A stretch of DNA of 64,000 bases. Origin: Betaproteobacteria bacterium (GTDB lineage Bacteria; Pseudomonadota; Gammaproteobacteria; Burkholderiales; Rhodocyclaceae). The stretch's first letter is position 1; every line of letters begins with the position of its first letter. The DNA lies in NCBI GenBank assembly GCA_016703785.1, contig JADJBM010000017.1:484-64483 (forward strand), in the 5' to 3' direction. Made by a program: the position numbers and the translations under genes. The notes below the pieces were generated by a model, which was not told the origin of the DNA, ran no database searches, and saw only the letters and a program-made list of their open reading frames with translations. Positions 59,261 to 64,000 of this stretch are shown piece after piece.

Positions 59261-61822
59261 TTGACGACAACCCAGGCTCAATCAGGCGGAATGACGATCA
59301 GGAACCAGTTGAACTTGCTGGTGCTGGCGGCTGTTTTACCCCTGTTTCTGGGGTTCATCTACGATATCTACCAGCAGGCTCGATCCGGCTTCGAGCGCGC
59401 AAAGAGCGATGTGCAGCACCTCGCAAAGGTGGCTTCGGCGGATGCCCACGGATACTTTGCCAGGACGGAACAGCGGCTCGGTGACATTGCCCGTCGGGTC
59501 GAAGTGGGGAGCCTTGATCCGGCGCGATGCAAATCCCTGTTCGCCGATATTGAAACCATTGACCGCGAGTATGCGGGTCTGGCCATGATCGATCGGATCG
59601 GCAGGGTGGTGTGTCTTGCCGGGGGGGAGACGGATCATTCGATCGAGGGGCTGAGTGCGGCCCGACCCTTGATGACCCAGGCCGAGGGGCCTCCCAGGCT
59701 CTTGGTAGGCGCGCCCGTCAAGGGCGCAGCTTCAGGCGGATGGGTGCTTCCGCTGGCTTACCCGGTGCGCGGCGGTGAAGGGCTTGCCGCAGGCATGGTG
59801 ATTGCCGCAGCGGAATTGAACCGGTTTCAGTCCTTAGTGACTGCCCTGGAACTGCCGGAGAAGCCGGCCATGCTGATCGTGAAGGGCGGCGGGATGGTCA
59901 TCGCCAGCTCGCACGATCCGGACCGGCATGTCGGGCAGAGCCGCCGAGACGACACACTGACACGCTTAATCCTCGAACGGCATAGCGGAGTTATGCGCGG
60001 GGTTTCCGTCGATGACGTGGAGCGTTTCTATGGTTTTCAACCCGTCAGGGTACGGACTGGATCGCGATCATCGGCCTGGATGTCGCCCGGTTCGGTGGAA
60101 AGTGATTGAAAGCGCACTGACGCATGGCGCCTATGGCCTGGGCGTGCTGGCGCTGGTGCTGGTCCTTGCTTTCGCTGTGGGGCGACGTATTTCGGCACCG
60201 ATTTCAGCGCTGGCTCGGGCCAGCCATGCCTTCGGCGAGGGCAAGCAGGATGTTCGGGCAACCGTGTCGGGTGCACGGGAAGTGGCCGAAGTTGCGGCCC
60301 AGCTGAACAGCATGTTTAGCATCCTGGTGGCGCGCGAACGCACGCTAGTCGAGACGCAGGAAATGCTCGACATCCTGCTGGACTCGATGGATCGCGTGCT
60401 TTGGTCCTTCACGCCGGACATGAGCACTGTGTTGTTTGCCAGCGAGTCGACGAGGAAAGTTTTCGGTCATGATTCGTCCGCATTTCGGGCCAACCCGGGT
60501 CTTTGGCTGGAGTTGATGCACCCGGACGATCGCAAGCTTGTGGAAGCCACGGCCGACCGAATTGCCCTCTCCGGCACGGGGGCCATGGAGTATCGCGTCC
60601 TCCGTCCGGACGGAGAAACGCGATGGGTCGAAGTGCGCTGGCGCCATGCCGCAGGAGGGCAGGGCAAGACGGCACGGATGGACGGCTTGGTCACCGACAT
60701 TACCGAGCGCAAGCAAACGGAAGAGGAAAACCGCCAGTTGCTGTCCATCATTGAGCAGAGCCTGAACGAAATTTACGTCTTCGATGCCGCCACCCTCAGC
60801 TACGAGTACGCCAACAGCAGCGCGCTGCATAATCTCGGCTATGCCTTCAGACATCTGCGATTGCTGACGCCAGTCGATCTGATGCCGCAATTCACCGAAG
60901 GCACAGTGGTCGGGATGGTCAATCAGCTTCTTCATCGGGAAAAACCGCAGCAGGTCTTCGAGACGACTCACCGACGGGCGGATGGCAGCGAATACCCCGT
61001 TGAAGTGCACTTGCAGACGGTGGAACGGGAGGGGCGCTGGAAGTGCCTCGCCGTCGTTATTGATATTTCTGAGCGGCAGCACGCACACACCGAGATCATA
61101 AAACTGGCCAATTCGCTCGAACGCCGCGTGGCCGACAGGACGACAGAGCTGGCGCGGGCCAATGCCGAACTGGAATCCTTCGTCTATTCCATCTCGCACG
61201 ATCTGCGCACACCGTTGCGGGCCATCAACGGCTACGCGCACATCCTGGCTGAGGATCTGAAGGAACGCTTGGATCCGGGTGCCCTCGCCATGCTGCAGCG
61301 CATCGCGCAAGGTGCGGTGCGCATGGGCGAGTTGATCGACGATCTGCTGACATTTTCGCGCGTGGGCCGCGGCGATCTGAGTCTGATGCAGGTGGATATG
61401 GAGGCGATGGCGCGCGCAATCGTAGAGGAGTTGCGTCACGAGAACCCACAGGCTCAGGTATCGATACAGGACATGCCGAAGCCGGTTGCTGATCCGAAAC
61501 TGCTGCGGCAAGTGATGCTCAACCTGATCGGCAATGCCCTCAAGTTTTCCTCCAGACAAGCTGAAGCACGCATTGAAATTGGGTCGATTAGCGAGGACGG
61601 TAAGCCGATGTATTTCGTGCGGGACAATGGGGCCGGCTTCGATTCAGCGCATGCAAGCAAAGCTGTTCGGCGTTTTTCCAGCGCCTGCACCAGGAGTCCG
61701 AATTTCCCGGCACCGGCGTGGGGTTGGCCATCGTCAAGCGCATTGTCGAGCGCCACCACGGCCATGTCTGGGCCGAGGCAGCACCGGGGAAGGGGGCCAC
61801 GTTCTATTTCACATTGCCTTGA
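59261..61822 (+). CDS. Membrane sensor histidine kinase (periplasmic Cache-like domain, HAMP, two PAS, HisKA, HATPase_c), two frameshifts
   Basis: ORFs 59261..60109 and 60012..61844 join. The last ~55 aa come from another frame ([52 protein letters not shown]). The H-box is [13 protein letters not shown]. The N-box is [13 protein letters not shown]. Confidence 0.85.
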
Positions 61823-61853
61823 AAACCTGTCTGATGGCCTATAATTCCCACTT

Positions 61854-62234
61854 ATGAATCCGATCGTCTCGGCGATAATCAGCAGCATCATCGACAGCAT
61901 TCTCGAGTCGGCGATGACGCCGGCGCCAGTGGTGCCCCCAGGTGCGCCGCCCGGCGTCGTGCGACCGGCCCTGCAGAACGGCCCACTGGCGGTGATGGGG
62001 CCGCCCAGCAACGGCCAGGCCCAGTTCGGCGACCAGACGCTGCGTCTCTCCGCCAGCCTGCAGATCCGCGACACGCAGAACCGCATCGTCATGTCGGGCA
62101 GCCTGCAGCAGCCGGTGCCCGTTCTGTACAAGATCGATGAGTACGGCTCCGTCCAGCGCGTCTGGGTGCTGACGCAGGAGGAGGCGGAAGTCGCCGACCA
62201 ACTCATCAAGCAGAAGGCCGCCACGCAGAAGTAG
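61854..62234 (+). CDS. Hypothetical protein (126 aa)
   Basis: Intact ORF with a hydrophobic N-terminus, MNPIVSAIISSIIDSILESA. No motif recognised. Confidence 0.45.
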   Translation: MNPIVSAIISSIIDSILESAMTPAPVVPPGAPPGVVRPALQNGPLAVMGPPSNGQAQFGDQTLRLSASLQIRDTQNRIVMSGSLQQPVPVLYKIDEYGSVQRVWVLTQEEAEVADQLIKQKAATQK

Positions 62235-62263
62235 TAGTACCCCAGACCCAGTAGCGGGCACTA

Positions 62264-63598
62264 GTGACCAAGAAACTCTATATCAAAACGTTCGGCTGCC
62301 AGATGAACGAGTACGACTCGGACCGCATGGCCGACGTGCTCGCCGCCAGCGAAGCGATCGAGAAGACCGACTCCCCCGAAGACGCCGACATCATCCTCTT
62401 CAATACCTGCTCGGTGCGCGAGAAGGCGCAGGAAAAGGTGTTCCACGACCTTGGTCGCGTGCGCCACCTGAAGCAGGCGAAACCCCATCTGGTCATCGGC
62501 GTCGGCGGCTGCGTGGCGAGCCAGGAGGGCGATGCCATCGTCCGCCGCGCGCCCTATGTGGATATCGTTTTCGGCCCGCAGACCCTGCACCGCCTGCCGC
62601 AACTGATCCGCACGCGGCGCGACTTGGGACGGCCGCAGGTCGACACCTCCTTCCCCGAGATAGAGAAATTCGACAACCTGCCGCCGGCGCGGGTGGAAGG
62701 GACCTCGGCCTTCGTCTCCATCATGGAAGGCTGCAGCAAGTTCTGCAGCTTCTGCATCGTGCCCTACACGCGCGGCGAGGAAGTCTCGCGGCCGCTCGAC
62801 GATGTGCTGGCGGAGATCGCCGGATTGGTGGCGCAGGGCGTCCGGGAAGTGACACTGCTCGGGCAGAACGTGAATGCCTACCTCGGCCTGATGGCGGACG
62901 GGGAGGCTGCGGACCTCGCCTTCCTGCTCGACTGCGTGCACGACATGCCCGGCATTGAGCGCATTCGCTATACGACCTCGCACCCGCGCGAGATGACGCC
63001 GCGGCTGATCGAGGCCTATGCCCGGCTGCCGAAGCTGGTCTCCCACCTGCACCTGCCGGTGCAGTCCGGCTCCGACCGCGTGCTGGCGGCGATGAAGCGC
63101 GGCTATACCGTGCTCGAATACAAGTCGATCGTGCGCAGGCTGCGCGCGGTGCGGCCTGATCTTTCATTGTCGACTGACTTCATCGTCGGTTTTCCCGGCG
63201 AGACGGAAGCGGATTTCGAAGCGACCATGAAGTTGATCGAGGACGTCGGCTTCGATGCCTCCTTCAGCTTTCTCTACAGTTCGCGCCCCGGCACGCCGGC
63301 GGCGGACTTGGCCGACGACACGCCGCAGGAACTTAAAACACAGCGCCTGATGCGCTTGCAGAAACGCATCGAGGCGCAGGCGCAGGTCATCAGCGCGGCG
63401 ATGGTCGGTACGGTGCAGCGCATCCTGGTCGAGGGCGTGTCCAAGAAGGATGCGGGCGAACTGGCCGGCCGCACCGACAACAACCGCATCGTCAATTTCA
63501 CGGCCCCGCCGCGGTTGTCGGGCGGCTTTGTTGACGTCTCCATCACTGCCGCGCTGCCGCATTCGCTGCGCGGCGAGATCGTCACCCGCGAATCGTGA
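62264..63598 (+). CDS. miaB: tRNA-2-methylthio-N6-dimethylallyladenosine synthase MiaB
   Basis: [14 protein letters not shown] (UPF0004 cluster), [19 protein letters not shown] (radical SAM CxxxCxxC) and a C-terminal TRAM domain. Confidence 0.95.
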   Translation: MTKKLYIKTFGCQMNEYDSDRMADVLAASEAIEKTDSPEDADIILFNTCSVREKAQEKVFHDLGRVRHLKQAKPHLVIGVGGCVASQEGDAIVRRAPYVDIVFGPQTLHRLPQLIRTRRDLGRPQVDTSFPEIEKFDNLPPARVEGTSAFVSIMEGCSKFCSFCIVPYTRGEEVSRPLDDVLAEIAGLVAQGVREVTLLGQNVNAYLGLMADGEAADLAFLLDCVHDMPGIERIRYTTSHPREMTPRLIEAYARLPKLVSHLHLPVQSGSDRVLAAMKRGYTVLEYKSIVRRLRAVRPDLSLSTDFIVGFPGETEADFEATMKLIEDVGFDASFSFLYSSRPGTPAADLADDTPQELKTQRLMRLQKRIEAQAQVISAAMVGTVQRILVEGVSKKDAGELAGRTDNNRIVNFTAPPRLSGGFVDVSITAALPHSLRGEIVTRES

Positions 63599-64000
63599 AA
63601 GCCAAGCCCGTCGAATTCGTGCTGTCTCCCGTGGACAACCAGCGCCTGGCCAACCTGTGCGGCGCGCTGGACGAGAACCTGCGGCAGATCGAGGCGGCCT
63701 ACGACGTGGCCATTTCCCGTCGCGGCGAGCGCTTCACCGTGCTGGCCCCCTGTCCAGTCGGCGCAGGCGGCCGCCGCCCTGCAGCACTTCTATGCGGAGG
63801 CCGCCGGACATCTTTCCGTCGATGCCATTCAGCTCGGCCTGGTGGAACTGGCCAACCGGGGCCAGGCCGGCCAGCCGGCGCAGGGACTGCTCACGCGCAA
63901 GCCCGAATTGCACGGACGCACGCCGCGCCAGGTGCAGTACCTGCGCCAGATCCAGGAGCACGACATCACTTTCGGCATCGGCCCGGCCGGCACCGGCAAG
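63595..64000 (+). CDS. phoH: PhoH-family ATPase, N-terminal part (runs off the window; one frameshift near 63745)
   Basis: The GTG start overlaps the miaB stop (GTGA). Sequence: [44 protein letters not shown]. After the shift it reads [31 protein letters not shown] (Walker A). Confidence 0.85.
   Translation, partial: MKAKPVEFVLSPVDNQRLANLCGALDENLRQIEAAYDVAISRRGERFTVLAPCPVGAGGRRPAALLCGGRRTSFRRCHSARPGGTGQPGPGRPAGAGTAHAQARIARTHAAPGAVPAPDPGARHHFRHRPGRHRQ

Overview
This is 64 kb of high-GC proteobacterial chromosome. Gene content and order look betaproteobacterial (Rhodocyclales-like), which is inference only because no searches could be run.

Roughly 1-43.6 kb is a mosaic of accessory DNA:
(i) A self-contained, non-canonical chaperone-like cluster: a GrpE-like fragment, an insert-bearing Hsp70, an AAA+ ATPase, a J-like protein, and two paralogous Pro-rich membrane proteins.
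(ii) Small regulators (XRE, AP2, SEC-C/YecA-like) and secreted proteins.
(iii) A trio of tandem-AAA+ ATPase, DUF2779 nuclease and WYL regulator.
(iv) An AT-rich insert next to an AlpA plus tyrosine-integrase pair.
(v) A DISARM class 1-like defence locus. It has a giant DEAD-helicase/DUF1998/DUF559-like nuclease fusion, an SNF2 helicase, an AlbA_2-type ATPase and a ~1270 aa N6-adenine methyltransferase. A DUF2326/ABC-3C-like ATPase and a truncated AlbA_2-like gene follow it.

From ~43.64 kb onward the window looks like core genome: yacG, a mutT/ThiE-like fusion, a DUF815 ATPase, mltA, a sigma54-driven amt, hydrolases, dsbC, a UbiH-family hydroxylase and tRNA-Met(CAT). These are followed by a translationally coupled PqqD-like/ATP-grasp/PLP-decarboxylase/UT-M23/TPR operon, a PAS histidine kinase, miaB and phoH.

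I saw no rRNA, CRISPR array, transposase or phage structural genes.

About 50 reading-frame breaks occur, many at homopolymers and many in conserved housekeeping genes. This points to an indel-prone assembly, so I report whole genes and name the ORF-track fragments they join.
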